NCBI GenBank assembly: GCA_951406725.2
Contig: OX597837.1
Location: forward strand, 2,046,001 to 2,110,000
From: Octopus vulgaris
Lineage: Eukaryota
DNA: 64,000 bases
Direction: 5' to 3'
Numbering within the stretch: the first letter of the stretch is position 1; every line of letters starts with the position of its first letter. The notes beneath the pieces were generated by a model. It was not told the origin of the DNA. It ran no database searches and was given only the letters and a program-made list of their open reading frames with translations. Positions 1-12,063 of this stretch are shown piece by piece. The position numbers were made by a program, and so were the translations under genes.

Positions 1-471
1 ACTGGGTTCAATTCATTCGACTAAAATTCTTCAAGGTGGTGCTCCAGTATGTCCGCAGTCTATTGACAAGATATCTAAGACTGTAAGGTATAATTTGATG
101 GAGGTATAGTTGCCTTTCCTGGTAGGTCGAACGACCGAGCGTAAGGCCTCTCCTATAAATAGAATATTTAACAGTTTACACAGAAATCTTTATTTCTGTT
201 GTTTTATCAATAAAACGGGAAATTAATAAGATAACAAGAACGGTAGAAAACCTCGTGGTATTGTCTGAAATCCCTTTATAGTCGAATTTATCGCTTCTCA
301 ATATTTTTAAATGCATGAAACACTGGAGATCAACTGGATAATTATTGTTCTTCTTCACATAAGGAATTTGTCTAAAAATAAGATTGTTTGAAGTGAAAGA
401 ATTAGAAAAAAATATGCACAAAACATTATTATCTCTTTTTTTGTTTTTTATTCATTATTTTTGTATAAAAA

Positions 472-825
472 GGCGGCGAGTTGGCAGAATCATTAGCACG
501 CCGGGCGAAATGCTTAGCAGTATTTCGTCTGCTGCTACGTTCTGAGTTCAAATTCCACCGAGGTCGACATTGCCTTTCATCCTTTCGGGGTCGATTAAAT
601 AAGTACCAGTTACGCACTGGGGTCGATATAATCGACTTAATCCATTTGTCTATCCTTGTTTGTCCTCTCTGTGTTTAACCATTTGTGGTAGTAAAGAAAT
701 AGGTATTTCGTCTGTCTTTACATTCTGAGTCGACTTTGCTTTTTATCTTTCGGTGGGTACTGGGGTCGATCTAATCGACTGGTCACCTCCCCCAAAATTT
801 CGGGCCTTGTGCCTAGAGGAGTATA
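472..825 (+). mobile_element. tRNA-derived SINE family A, composite/dimeric copy
   Basis: Head GGCGGCGAGTTGGCAGAATC...GAGTTCAAATTCC (A/B-box-like), then core GCCTTTCATCCTTTCGGGGTCGATTAAATAAGTACCAG, which resembles the Meta/MESC SINE domain (from memory). A second partial monomer follows. More than 15 related copies occur in the window. Confidence 0.85.
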
Positions 826-1500
826 GATTAAAGACTCTGGTTTCAAGACTAAGAAAACAAGATTGCAAGAAACCAATTCTACACAAAAGTGAATCGGTAA
901 AATGAATTCGCGTGTTGAAACAGCGTTATAAACTGCAGCAGTAAGGAATGTAGCACCACCAGCAGCAGCTGCAGCAGCAGTGCACTGTAGTTAAGTCACA
1001 TGATTCATAAATTTGAAGAAACGAGTTCTCGGTAGAGCTTTGAGAAAACTGTTTTTCTTTTTTACTACGTTAATTTTTCGAAATTATATACATGAAATTG
1101 GGTAGACTTTGGGGAACAAAAATATAGAATTCGAGATATTTATATTTGCTGGCGTAAAAATATTTTATTTGAGGAAAACGAGAAAAAAAAAACAGCTAAG
1201 AGATAAATCGTTAAATACAGATAGTACACCGGTTTTCGGGACACTGATAGTTCGGAAGTTCTTATAATCCGCACAGATGTATGCTATCCTTTTATTTATT
1301 TTAGCCGTTAGAGTGTGGTCATAGTGGGGCACTACCTTGAAGCGTTTCAGCGGAACTAATCGATCCCAATAGGTATTTTTACGAATGTTACTTATTCTAT
1401 CGGCCTCTTTTCTCCAACCGCTTAGTTACGGGAATGTGAAGTAGTAGTGATATAGTGGTGGGTGACAAACACACCAATACTTACATGTGTGTGTGTGAGT

Positions 1501-1546
<46 letters not shown>

Positions 1547-1828
1547 CTCCGCAAAATCCCAAATTTTATTTAATTTGCTTTGCAAGAGCAACTATTTCAT
1601 CGAAAGCGTATATTGTTGTTAAATGCTCGAAATATGAGATTAGAAAACAGCCAACAACTGATGAAAGGTCGTTCTTTATGTTTGTTTGTTTTGTTTTCCA
1701 TTTGTGTCTTTCATTGTTCGAAAGAGTAATTCATGTTCTATGTACTCATGCTTCTTACTCTTTTGTTCTACACGTTTCGTGACGCCCTGTGCCCACATAT
1801 GATGATATATATACGTATGTATATATGC

Positions 1829-1862
<34 letters not shown>

Positions 1863-3015
1863 AACGGGTTTCTTTCTGTTTCCGTCTACCAAATAAACTC
1901 ATATGACCTTGATCAGCTCGCGTTATAGCAGAAGACATTTGTCCAAGATACCATACAGCCTGGTTTCAACTGTAACTTTTTTCACTGTCGAATTAACTCT
2001 TTAATTTGTTTAAAAAAGATGCTTGTTTGTGCTGTTGCTGTTTAGCATCTGTGTCAGCAGAGGTATTGTCAAATGCACTCTAGCCATGACCATCCCATTT
2101 GTTTGCTGACTATACTGCATCTAGAATTACGTTGTGTAAACTTTTCTAAGACGGTGAGATTTATTGAGGAACAGGTTCAAATACATTCTCTTTTCCTTTT
2201 TTTTTTTTATTAATTGCTATTTTATTTATCTATTTTGTCTTCTGTCTGCCACGAAGTAAAGAAAGATCTACAGGTGAAGAAATTAACGAAAATTAAAATA
2301 AAAAACTATCAGCAAAAATGAAGGTGCATTCGGAGTTGTAATTTCTTTGATAATGTGCGGTGACTCTGCAAGGATAAGGATGATCTGGGATTTAAGGCTT
2401 AATAACATCAAACAGACAAGGCACATTAGCTAATGATGTTCTAAATATGCACTCAGGTTCAAAAATATATCATTTAGTAATTTAGATGGAAAGAGTTTAG
2501 ATGGATCAAGCTCTGACAAGTGAAAAACTTGACGTTTCGGACAAAGTTCTTTCTTCAGCAAAAAATTGAGAGGAAGAAAAATTAGGGAGACGCAGTAGAG
2601 TTTTTAATTCCTCCAGCTTCAAAACTATATAGGCTTGTTAGTAACATTTCTCCGTCTGCCTTTTCCAACAGGGGTGACTTGGGGCGAAAAGATGGTAAGG
2701 AGAAACTCTAACGATCTTGGCATTATCAAAATATGAACCATTAATAAAATTTATTTCCATTTTATTGCTCATTCTTAGTGGAACTGGTAATGTTTATAAT
2801 TACTTTCTCACAAGAACTTTCCCGATTTGAAGAAGAATAAGTAAAACATGTCTCTGACGAGAAATTTATTGCAACGAATTTCACGGCAATGAAATTTCAT
2901 TGCCGTGGAATTCTGTTGTAATGAAGTTATAATGGTAATTCCTATAGATACCGTGGCAATGGTGGTGGAACAGTCATACGTTATCACACTCACACACAGT
3001 GTATACATACATTGC

Positions 3016-3086
<71 letters not shown>

Positions 3087-3933
3087 CATACATACATACT
3101 TGGATACGCACACGCACAGACGTGCACACGTAAACAGATATACGTATAGCTACATACATACTCATATAAATGTGTATATATGTGCGTGTTTATGTGTGTG
3201 TGTATGTATACAGGCATCTATCAATGCACACACACACACACACACACGCATATATATACACACAGATACGCATGCATACAGTTAGGTGTATCTAAGTGTG
3301 TTCCGTAATACATCATAACCTCAAAAACGAAAGATGCTAACGCGAGCGTCTATCGGCAGCTAGCTGTCAAAATGCGTTATTTAGGCTCATCGGTATATTC
3401 ATCTTAACAAATCCACAACAGAGATGCAACAGAGAAAGCATCAAAATGTTTCTTTACTCAGAAGTGAGGAATGAATGGTATCAGTACAATATCTTTTGGT
3501 AATAGGCTGAGACTTCATCACTTGCACTTTATCACCAAGATAAAGATCTTTGTTACAAGAGTCGGAACTCCCAGGGATTTCAGACTACAACAATGATATA
3601 TCGGAGCATAATATCGATAATAACGCCACGTAAATCCAAGCATGACCAACTTCCAATCAAATATTTAACTCCAATATTCGTTTGCTGTTATATATTTGAA
3701 CAGATTACAGAATCTGTTCAGGAGGATCAGAATCGAATCGGAGATTCGCTTAAGAACTAGTCTATAACATCGTAAATTATATACGCTTTACACATGTTTC
3801 ACTAGACCACACTAAGATGTTACGCAACATGTATGCATAGAAACAAAATCACACACACATACACATATATATCAGTATACAAACACATATGTCATTAGTG
3901 AGTTAATCCTTGACGACAAATATAACTAAAACT

Positions 3934-3985
<52 letters not shown>

Positions 3986-4275
3986 CAAAATTTAAAGGAC
4001 TGACCACTAAAAGTGGACGGTCAATATACTAGATATAGACGTCAAAATCGCTATTTTCCACGAAGAATGTGTTCTCAAATAAAAACTCAGCACAAACCAA
4101 AGTGTAAAAAAAATAAGCAAGACAAATGAAAATATACGAAATAATAACGAGAAAGAGAGTGTTATTAAAAAAAATCTTTATTTTTTTTAATGCCAGATTC
4201 ATTTAATGCCTAATTCATTCATTAAGTACAACAAAAATATATCGAAACACACCACATGTAACAATCGATGGCATA

Positions 4276-4625
4276 TGAAACAGTCTACGTTCCACAACCA
4301 AATAGATATGAAGGACGCAAAGTGCAATAACGAACAGATTATGAAACATGCCAATATCAACAATAAAATATATTAAACTCACAACGTCCACCGATCAAAA
4401 ACTGTATGAAACACGCTAAGTGCAATAACCTAAAGAATATGAAACACACTAAGGCTAACAACAGAAGTATTTTTAACAGGACGTTCAATAACCAAAAGTG
4501 TATGAAACTATGATTAAAACAGCGAAAAAATATGTGAAACACTTAACATATGAAAGGTTCTACGTTCAACAAAATAGAAAATATGAAACGGCATAAGTAC
4601 AAAGTTTAAAAAATGGATATGATCA
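4276..4625. repeat. Degenerate ~33-bp minisatellite (ATGAAAC anchor) with higher-order structure
   Basis: ATGAAAC or a variant recurs at ~4276, 4308, 4341, 4373, 4406, 4439, 4502, 4550 and 4583. Confidence 0.7.
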
Positions 4626-4897
4626 CAACTTGCATTATCGTTGTATAAAATAACCACCATTAAACACCAAAAACAAAGACAAAAACGAGGGAAACAATTT
4701 ACTTGCTAGCAATCGCAAGTACAGTGACCTTACCAGAACATGTGTGTGTGTGGGGGGGGGAGGCGTACGTATCTATACGTGTGTGTCTGTGAGTGTGACT
4801 ATATATTTATATACATATGTGTGTGTGTGTGTGTGTGCGTGTGTACATTCCAAAAATATTTTCAGTCATCAGTTTTGATATGCAATTTATATGTAAT

Positions 4898-4937
<40 letters not shown>

Positions 4938-4940
4938 GTG

Positions 4941-5048
<108 letters not shown>

Positions 5049-5109
5049 GTTCTATACTTAAGAGAAGAGGAATTATGTACATAAGTTACATTTGACGGAT
5101 GAAGACAAA

Positions 5110-5755
5110 TATCCGTTTCATGTAAATAATGTCCCCCTCTATGTTCTATGTTCTGAGTTCAATTTCCGCCAAGGTTGACTTCGCCTTTCATTTTTTTCAG
5201 GGTCGAAAAATTAAGTAACAGCGAAATGCTGGGGGTCGATGTAATCAACTTGTGTCCCCCACACACACACTACCACCACCATAATTCTAAGCCTTGTTTT
5301 TAGTAGAAAGGACCATTGACCTCTAGAAGGCAGCGAGTTGGCCAAATCGTTAACATGCCGGATAAAATGCTTTGCCGTATTTCGTCCGCCTTAACGTTCC
5401 GCGTTGAAATGACACCGAAGTCGACTTTGCATTTCATTCTTTCGGGATTAATAAAACGTGGAGCAGATAAGCAAGGAGTTCGATGTCATCGATTAACCGC
5501 TCCGCCTAAATATTTCAGTCCTTGTGCTTGAAAGTAGTGATAAGGATGATAAAGCTGCGCGCTGGCAGAACCGTTAGCACGCCGGACAAAATGCTTTGCG
5601 GCATTTCTTCCAGAATTTTGTTCTAAGTTCAAATCCCACTCCGGTCATCTTTGCCTTTCATCCTTTCGGGATGCTGAGTATTTCGATCGAAGTAATTATC
5701 TTACCCCTTCAACATAAAATTTCAAGCTTTGTACCTTTTGTAGAAAGCATTATAA
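5110..5755 (+). mobile_element. Cluster of three decayed SINE family A copies
   Basis: GAGTTCAA/GCCTTTCATCCTTTCGGG/AGCCTTGT...GTAGAAAG modules repeat at ~5110-5312, 5329-5530 and 5553-5755. Confidence 0.75.
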
Positions 5756-6435
5756 TTTAGCCCTTGGTCACCAATGATCCACATGGGGGGAAGGTCGTGA
5801 TATTTATTCAAACCCTGTCTCTGCGTTATTTAGGTTTTAATTCCAAGAAGCGACAGAAACTTGTGTAATTATTTTCTCCTATAGCCCCGATTCGACCAAT
5901 ACCTTTCTAACTCAATTTCAGCAGACGGATACTGTGTGGAAGCCTGCCTTAGAAAACATTCCTAATTTATGATGGAAGACTGATGCCTTGCTCATATTTC
6001 ACAACACTAAATCTTCATAACCCTTTCTTTCATAGAGAAAGAAATTTATCTACATATGTGTGTGTGTCTGTCGTTGTGACTTTGGATATGCATATCCACC
6101 ACGGGGTCTTTCAATTTCCCTCTGCCAAATACACTCTCAAAGCTTTGGAGGATCTGGGGCTATAGTAAAAGATAGCTAGCAAAGGTACCACGCAGTGAGA
6201 CTGAACTGGGAACCATGTGGTTATGAGTCAAACCAGCCACGCCTGACGCCCTCATTCACTCATATTCCGGTTGTTGTTGTTTCTTCAACTGGTCTTCTGC
6301 GTACCAGATCGTGTGTAAGTGTGTATGGAGGAACGTGTGTGCGGGCGAATGTGTACGCTTTAGAGTTTTATCAGTGTGTACGTCTATGTGCGTCTACGCA
6401 GTGCTTATGTCTGCGTGAATGTAGGTGAGCATCGG

Positions 6436-6477
<42 letters not shown>

Positions 6478-6679
6478 TTATGTGTGTGTATGTGTGCACG
6501 CGAACATGGGCTTATTAGAATGTGTATGTATGCAAATGTTTTTGTGTGTATGTATATGTTAGTGAATACGTAAATATGTTTGAGCACCTGCGCTTACATA
6601 TTTATGTAAATGTGAGAATGTGTGCGCACGTGTGAGAGAAAATATACACTCGAATGCGTATGTGTGTGTAAATATATAT

Positions 6680-9496
6680 ATGCAATATGCAGTCATACGC
6701 ACAGATAGAAAAGGGAGGAGCCATGGTGGAGTTGCAATGTACATCCGAGATGACCTCACGCCCCAGGTCCTGCTGTCATATTCAAACTCAGTATGTGAAA
6801 CTCAAATTGTACACATAAGACAACTGAATATCGTCATATGCACTACATATCGCCCACCAGACGCCCCAAAACACTCAGGCATGTTTGAAGACTGCCTAAC
6901 AAAAATAGGAGAAGTCCTCACCAACCTTGAACAGCACAACAGTGTATTCTTCATGGGTGACTTTAACCTCCCCAATGTGGAATGGCCTGGGGGGCAGATG
7001 CTCCCAGGGATGACACACCATCAGCAGGCACAGGTGGAGTCCCTGCTCCATCTCACAAATACCTCTTTCATGGAGCAAATAGTTCTGCAACCAACAAGGG
7101 CAGATAATATACTGGATCTCTGCTTTACAAACAATATGGATATTATCCATAATGTTAATGTGATGCCGACAATGATCTCGGATCACAACATAATAGAGCT
7201 GTCTACGTATGGAACAAAAGCCCCCGCAGACACACAGCCTATACGAAGCACCCACCATCTCTCCAACTTAAACTTTCATAAAGCCAACTGGAAGTCGATT
7301 GAGAAAGAGATCCTCAAACAGGATTGGCCTGAATGTCTCTCCACACCGGACATAAACATGAAACACAAACACTTCATGTCCATAATACAAGCCATATGTG
7401 ACAAATATGTCCCAATGTGCAGGGCCAGCACACACAAGAATAAAAACAGGATCCCTAGAGAAAGGAGGATTCTTATGAGACGACGGACAAGGATTGCAAA
7501 CCGCCTGAGCAAGCACACCAAAAGTGGTGAGAAGTCTCGGCTCGAAAGAATGCTAATGGAAACTGAGAAAAGTCTACATCAGTCCCATGAAAAGGAGAGA
7601 GCAGATAAAGAAGCTTGGGTAATAGAAAATATAAAATCAAACCCTAAAGCTTTCTTTAAGTTTGCCAAAGAGACAGCCACAGTGCACCAGAGAATAGGAC
7701 CTCTCTTCCAAAAAGATGGCTCTCTCACAGGAAATCCCACGAGGATAAGTGAAATACTGAACGAACAGTTCCAAAGTGTATTCACTACACCTCTAGGACA
7801 CAGGCAAGTAAACAACCCAGAAGAATTCTTTGCCACTTTACCAGCGGCCAAAGAGACAAAAATTGAGTACATCAACATCGAAGAAGATGATATCACACTA
7901 GCCATTGATGAGATTGACACAAACTCAGCTGCTGGACCTGATGGATTCCCAGCGATCCTTCTCAAATCGTGCAAACGAGCCCTTGCAAAACCGCTACAGC
8001 TTCTTTTTCAGAGCTTTCTTGCAAGTGGTAAGCTCCCAGTCAAACTGAAAGAGGGGGTAATATGCCCTATCCATAAGGGAGGTAGCAGAGCAGATGCTAA
8101 AAATTATAGGCCTATCTCTCTGACCTCACACATCAGCAAAGTCATGGAACGAATAGTCCGTAAGAAACTAATCATGTTCCTTGAAGAAAATGACTTACTG
8201 TCTGACACCCAGCATGGATTTCGACCAGGTAGAGGCTGCCTAACACAGCTCCTGCAACACTATGACTGGGTGTTGAAACAGCTACTAAATGGCTCAAATG
8301 TGGATGTAATATATCTTGACTTTGCAAAAGCCTTTGATAAAGTCGACCATGGTATGATCTGTCACAAACTGCGTGGTCTCGGCATAGGCGGGAAACTTGG
8401 AGAGTGGCTGCACAACTTCCTAAAAGACAGAAAACAGGCAGTTGTGAGCAATGGAGCCACCTCCAGGGAAACGCAAATAACAAGCGGTGTCCCACAGGGC
8501 ACTGTCTTGGGGCCACTGATGTTCATAGTGGCCCTTTCAGACATGCCTTCAGTTGCTACGATGACCACCCTTGCTAGCTATGCAGATGACACAAAGGTCT
8601 CCCACGCAATACAGAACCCTGAAAATATTGCGCATCTGCAACATGAGCTGGACACAATATACAGGTGGGCTGAGGACAACAACATGCAGTTTAATGCAGG
8701 TAAGTTCCAGGCCCTGCGCTACTGGCACACAAAGGTAAATGACGTGAAGACTGGATACACTGGCCCAGGAAGAATTGCAATCCCTGAGTCAAAATCAGTG
8801 CGTGACCTGGGCATTGACATGAGCAATGATGCATCTTTCCAAATGCATATTGCTAATCTGGTGATAAAATGCAGACGGCTAGCTGGATGGATTCTCCGAA
8901 CTTTCAGAACAAGAGAGAAGGAGACACTGATGGTCCTATGGAAAACATTTGTCCTCAGCCGCTTGGACTACTGCTCCCAACTTTGGTCACCACACAATAT
9001 AAAACAAACAGCAGAACTCGAAGCAACTCAGAGAAGCTACACAAAGAAAATCGTCTCAATGCAAAATGTCAGCTACTGGGAAAGACTGAAGGTATTAAAC
9101 CTCTTCTCCCTGGAGCGGAGGCGGGAGAGATATGCAGTAATATACATCTGGAAAATCCTGGAGGGTCTTGTCCCAAACTTTGGCATTCAAAGTTACTCCA
9201 ACCGCAGAACGGGGCGCCGCTGCGTGGTGCCAAGGATTCCAACATCACCATCAAAATACAGGTCCAGATACTGCAACAGCTTGGGTTTCAGAGGACCACA
9301 GCTTTTCAACATCCTCCCTAAATGCCTGAGAGACTTACATGGTGTGGATGTGGGTTTCTTTAAAACTAAACTGGATCTCTTCTTGTTGGGAGTCCCAGAT
9401 GAACCTACCTCACGACAGGAGACACGGATGCGGGCAGCAGCATCGAACTCCCTTGTTGATCAAGTGCCACGTATCAGAGGTGGATTCACAAACTAG
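6680..9496 (+). CDS. LINE ORF2: apurinic-like endonuclease (N-terminally truncated) plus reverse transcriptase
   Basis: APE motifs YRPP, GDFNLP, PTRADNILDLCFTN, SDHN. RT motifs YRPISLTS, QHGFRPGR, YLDFAKAFDKVDH, GVPQGTVLGP, YADDTK. CR1-type C-terminus LDYCSQLWSP...SYWERLKVLNLFSLERRR. The first ~20 aa of the listed ORF (from 6620) come from flanking microsatellite. Confidence 0.95.
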   Translation: MQYAVIRTDRKGRSHGGVAMYIRDDLTPQVLLSYSNSVCETQIVHIRQLNIVICTTYRPPDAPKHSGMFEDCLTKIGEVLTNLEQHNSVFFMGDFNLPNVEWPGGQMLPGMTHHQQAQVESLLHLTNTSFMEQIVLQPTRADNILDLCFTNNMDIIHNVNVMPTMISDHNIIELSTYGTKAPADTQPIRSTHHLSNLNFHKANWKSIEKEILKQDWPECLSTPDINMKHKHFMSIIQAICDKYVPMCRASTHKNKNRIPRERRILMRRRTRIANRLSKHTKSGEKSRLERMLMETEKSLHQSHEKERADKEAWVIENIKSNPKAFFKFAKETATVHQRIGPLFQKDGSLTGNPTRISEILNEQFQSVFTTPLGHRQVNNPEEFFATLPAAKETKIEYINIEEDDITLAIDEIDTNSAAGPDGFPAILLKSCKRALAKPLQLLFQSFLASGKLPVKLKEGVICPIHKGGSRADAKNYRPISLTSHISKVMERIVRKKLIMFLEENDLLSDTQHGFRPGRGCLTQLLQHYDWVLKQLLNGSNVDVIYLDFAKAFDKVDHGMICHKLRGLGIGGKLGEWLHNFLKDRKQAVVSNGATSRETQITSGVPQGTVLGPLMFIVALSDMPSVATMTTLASYADDTKVSHAIQNPENIAHLQHELDTIYRWAEDNNMQFNAGKFQALRYWHTKVNDVKTGYTGPGRIAIPESKSVRDLGIDMSNDASFQMHIANLVIKCRRLAGWILRTFRTREKETLMVLWKTFVLSRLDYCSQLWSPHNIKQTAELEATQRSYTKKIVSMQNVSYWERLKVLNLFSLERRRERYAVIYIWKILEGLVPNFGIQSYSNRRTGRRCVVPRIPTSPSKYRSRYCNSLGFRGPQLFNILPKCLRDLHGVDVGFFKTKLDLFLLGVPDEPTSRQETRMRAAASNSLVDQVPRIRGGFTN

Positions 9497-9576
9497 TGTG
9501 GCTCATTCAGCGGTGGTGCCCCAGCATGGCCGCGGCCTTCGGGCTAAAACATTTTTAAGGATTTAAGGATTTAAGG

Positions 9577-9578
<2 letters not shown>
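6680..9578 (+). mobile_element. CR1-clade LINE, 5'-truncated, young
   Basis: Uninterrupted ORF2, a short 3' UTR with a hairpin, and an 8-bp tandem tail (TTTAAGGA)3 at 9554-9577 of the kind typical for CR1. Inserted in TA-rich microsatellite. Confidence 0.95.
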
Positions 9579-9607
<29 letters not shown>

Positions 9608-9710
9608 CCGGAGTAAACACATAAATGTGAAACAAGGTGGAAAAAGAGTACTCAAATACCAGTGGTAGAGTAATATGCTTTATTTAAAGCAGCAGAAAAT
9701 TCAACAAAAC

Positions 9711-9803
9711 CTGCTACTCTGAGGTTCACGTTGCCGTTCGTCGGACAGTTTTTTTGCTAGGAAAACTGCAAAAACTGTCTGACGAACGGAAACGTGAAAC
9801 TCA
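9711..9803. ncRNA. Pair of inverted type I hammerhead ribozyme motifs (Penelope-like terminal remnant)
   Basis: Minus 9711-9748: CUGU-CCGACGA-ACG(GCAA)CGU-GAAC-CUCAGAG-UA-GCAG. Plus 9775-9803: CUGU-CUGACGA-ACG(GAAA)CGU-GAAA-CUCA, cut off by (TA)n. The consensus of the two is a complete hammerhead. Confidence 0.65.
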
Positions 9804-10152
9804 TATATATATATATCATTGTATGTGATAAATGGGTGTATATAGGTCTATCAGTGTATGTATGAGAGAGTCAGTGAGTGTATGTACGTAAGAGCGTGAC
9901 GCCTAACTTTATTGTAAATATATTTTTCTTTTCTTTTCTTTTCTCTCTTCCATTATACCTTTTCTCGATAATGAAACTGTTATTAACACAAATATCGATA
10001 TTTGATGAACAGAAAGAAATATTGATTGAACAACCTGGTTGACGCTGGGGTTTTTTTTTGTGTGTTTTGTGTTCTGTGGTTTTTGTAATTTTTAAATCAA
10101 ATTCATATATATATATATATATATATATACATGCATAATATATGTGTATATA

Positions 10153-10206
<54 letters not shown>

Positions 10207-10373
10207 TACATACATACATGTACATACATATGCATGCATGTGTGTGTATATTCATCCATATATCTATAAATATGTGTATGCTTATATAGATATCTTTATA
10301 TATATGCATTTATATCTGTGCATCTGTCTCTCCTTGTCTCTCTCACTCTCTCTCTCCCTGTATGTATGTGTGT

Positions 10374-10424
<51 letters not shown>

Positions 10425-10426
10425 CA

Positions 10427-10462
<36 letters not shown>

Positions 10463-10484
10463 TATATATGTATGTATATATCAC

Positions 10485-10735
10485 GTGATCACGTTACCGA
10501 CTAGATTATCAGATGTTGCTGCACATCGCTGATCACAATGCGTTCAGCATCGTTTTAACCTTCGAATGATGCCACTCCGCTGATTAGGCCACCACCACCA
10601 CCGATCGAAAGGGGGATTGTAACAACGAGAAATGAAGTGCACTGCTTGTGAACATAACACGCCGCCCGCTCTGGAAATCGAACCCACAATCTAGCGATCG
10701 TTGCGCAGCAACCTGACCACGAGGCCACGCACCTT
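10485..10735 (-). mobile_element. tRNA-derived SINE family C copy
   Basis: Reverse complement reads GCGTGGCCTCGTGGTCAGGTTG...GGTTCGATTTCC (A/B boxes). The head is related to copies at 33310 and 50490. Confidence 0.6.
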
Positions 10736-10748
10736 CAGGAACACACAT

Positions 10749-10790
<42 letters not shown>

Positions 10791-11494
10791 GCACATATAT
10801 ACATGCATACACGCGCGCGCACATGCACACACACACATTTGTATATACACACATCTGCAATTCGCTTTGATCTGGAGTCTATTAAGTGCACTCATTTGGA
10901 GTGCAGTGTTTGTAGCCATGCGCAACACTGAGACTCGCTGCATATTCAGTCGGTTACGTGTGATTGTACGCAAAACCGGAGTACAAATTCATGCTTACTT
11001 TATTAAGTACTTTTTTGCCTTCAAATATTGTCTGTATACGCCTAGCGATTTCCTCTAACCCGAACTTAGTGCTTTGCTATTTAAGGACCTAATTCACCTG
11101 AATCCTGGATTTTATATGAACCAAATGATGATGATAATTTATATTAAATTGCCTATAATAATTCATAACGATTTCTTTTATTGGCCCCATGTGCATCAGT
11201 TGAGGAGGACATTACATGAACAGTTTTATAGTTCGTGGAGGAAATGTGGATTACTAAAAGACAAGGGGAAGAAATGGAGAGGATGATAGAATGGGATAAA
11301 AATAGTCATAGAATACAAAACCTTTGAACATCTCCGTGATGCAGTTCTCAAGGAATGGGGGGAAATCCAAATCGGGCCAATCGAAGAACCACGCAATCTA
11401 TGATCACCCTGAATACTAAGAGCACAAGCGTTCATTCAACCATTGTTTTCCAATGTACAGATGTACGTGCTTAGGGCAGGTTCGCTCAGCTTAA

Positions 11495-12030
11495 CAACTA
11501 TTTTTGCCCGTCATCCATCTTTCGCCAAATTCACTGGGATTGAACACTGGCCTCACTTTTGTTTCTAGGCAGAACTTTAAGAAGTTGATGAGGGCTTCAC
11601 TGAATAGGAAGGTGTCTTTCCTCAATCGTTTTAGCTACGTCCACCACAAAGCCTCTTTTGCCATAGCCACTAAACTGAGGATTAACGCCTGCTCTACCAT
11701 GTTAAAGATGGGGTGGTCCTCACGACAGATACTAGCTGATAGACAGATTCGCCCTTCACACGACAAGAACTGTTCGGTGACAATTCTTGGACATTACAGG
11801 AGAGCATGTTAAACTGCTTCAATGCTTTCTGTGCACCTTGCGCAGTCCTACCTGGCGGCACTTCTGGCCTGTTACGTTTATCTCGAAACCAACAGTAGCC
11901 CTCGATAGCATGGCTTGAGATTTTGGTAAGTTATTCATGGCAGTTGATAGAGTGAAAGTCCTCCAAAAGAGAGCAGCTAATTTGTCCTCGTCCATGCTCA
12001 GAGTTTCTACAAGAAAGCCGTCGTTCTTAC
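11495..12030 (-). pseudogene. Decayed Tx1/L1-clade ORF2 C-terminal fragment
   Basis: Broken frames give a zinc-knuckle-like C..C...E...HALL.C, then LVAMAKEALWWT...LINFLKF...EFGERW, a pattern typical of Tx1/L1 C-termini. Confidence 0.6.
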
Positions 12031-12063
12031 TCACCTCTAGATCTCCATATTGATTTCAAATTT

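Noticed and set aside
1600-1680. CTGATGA box (also at ~20153) as a hammerhead
   Set aside because: No downstream GAAA...UH with closing stems. It is a shared repeat family, but a ribozyme is not supportable.
2528-2562. Minus-strand CUGAAGA...GAAACGUC minimal hammerhead
   Set aside because: The core is present but stems I and II pair poorly. At best a decayed relic, so it is not listed as a feature.
4276-4625. CRISPR-like array
   Set aside because: Eukaryotic context, degenerate contiguous units, no identical repeats with unique spacers, and no cas genes.
11290-11430. Tc1 transposase C-terminal remnant (TFEHLRDAVLKEWGEI)
   Set aside because: Suggestive, but too short and without TIRs to call.
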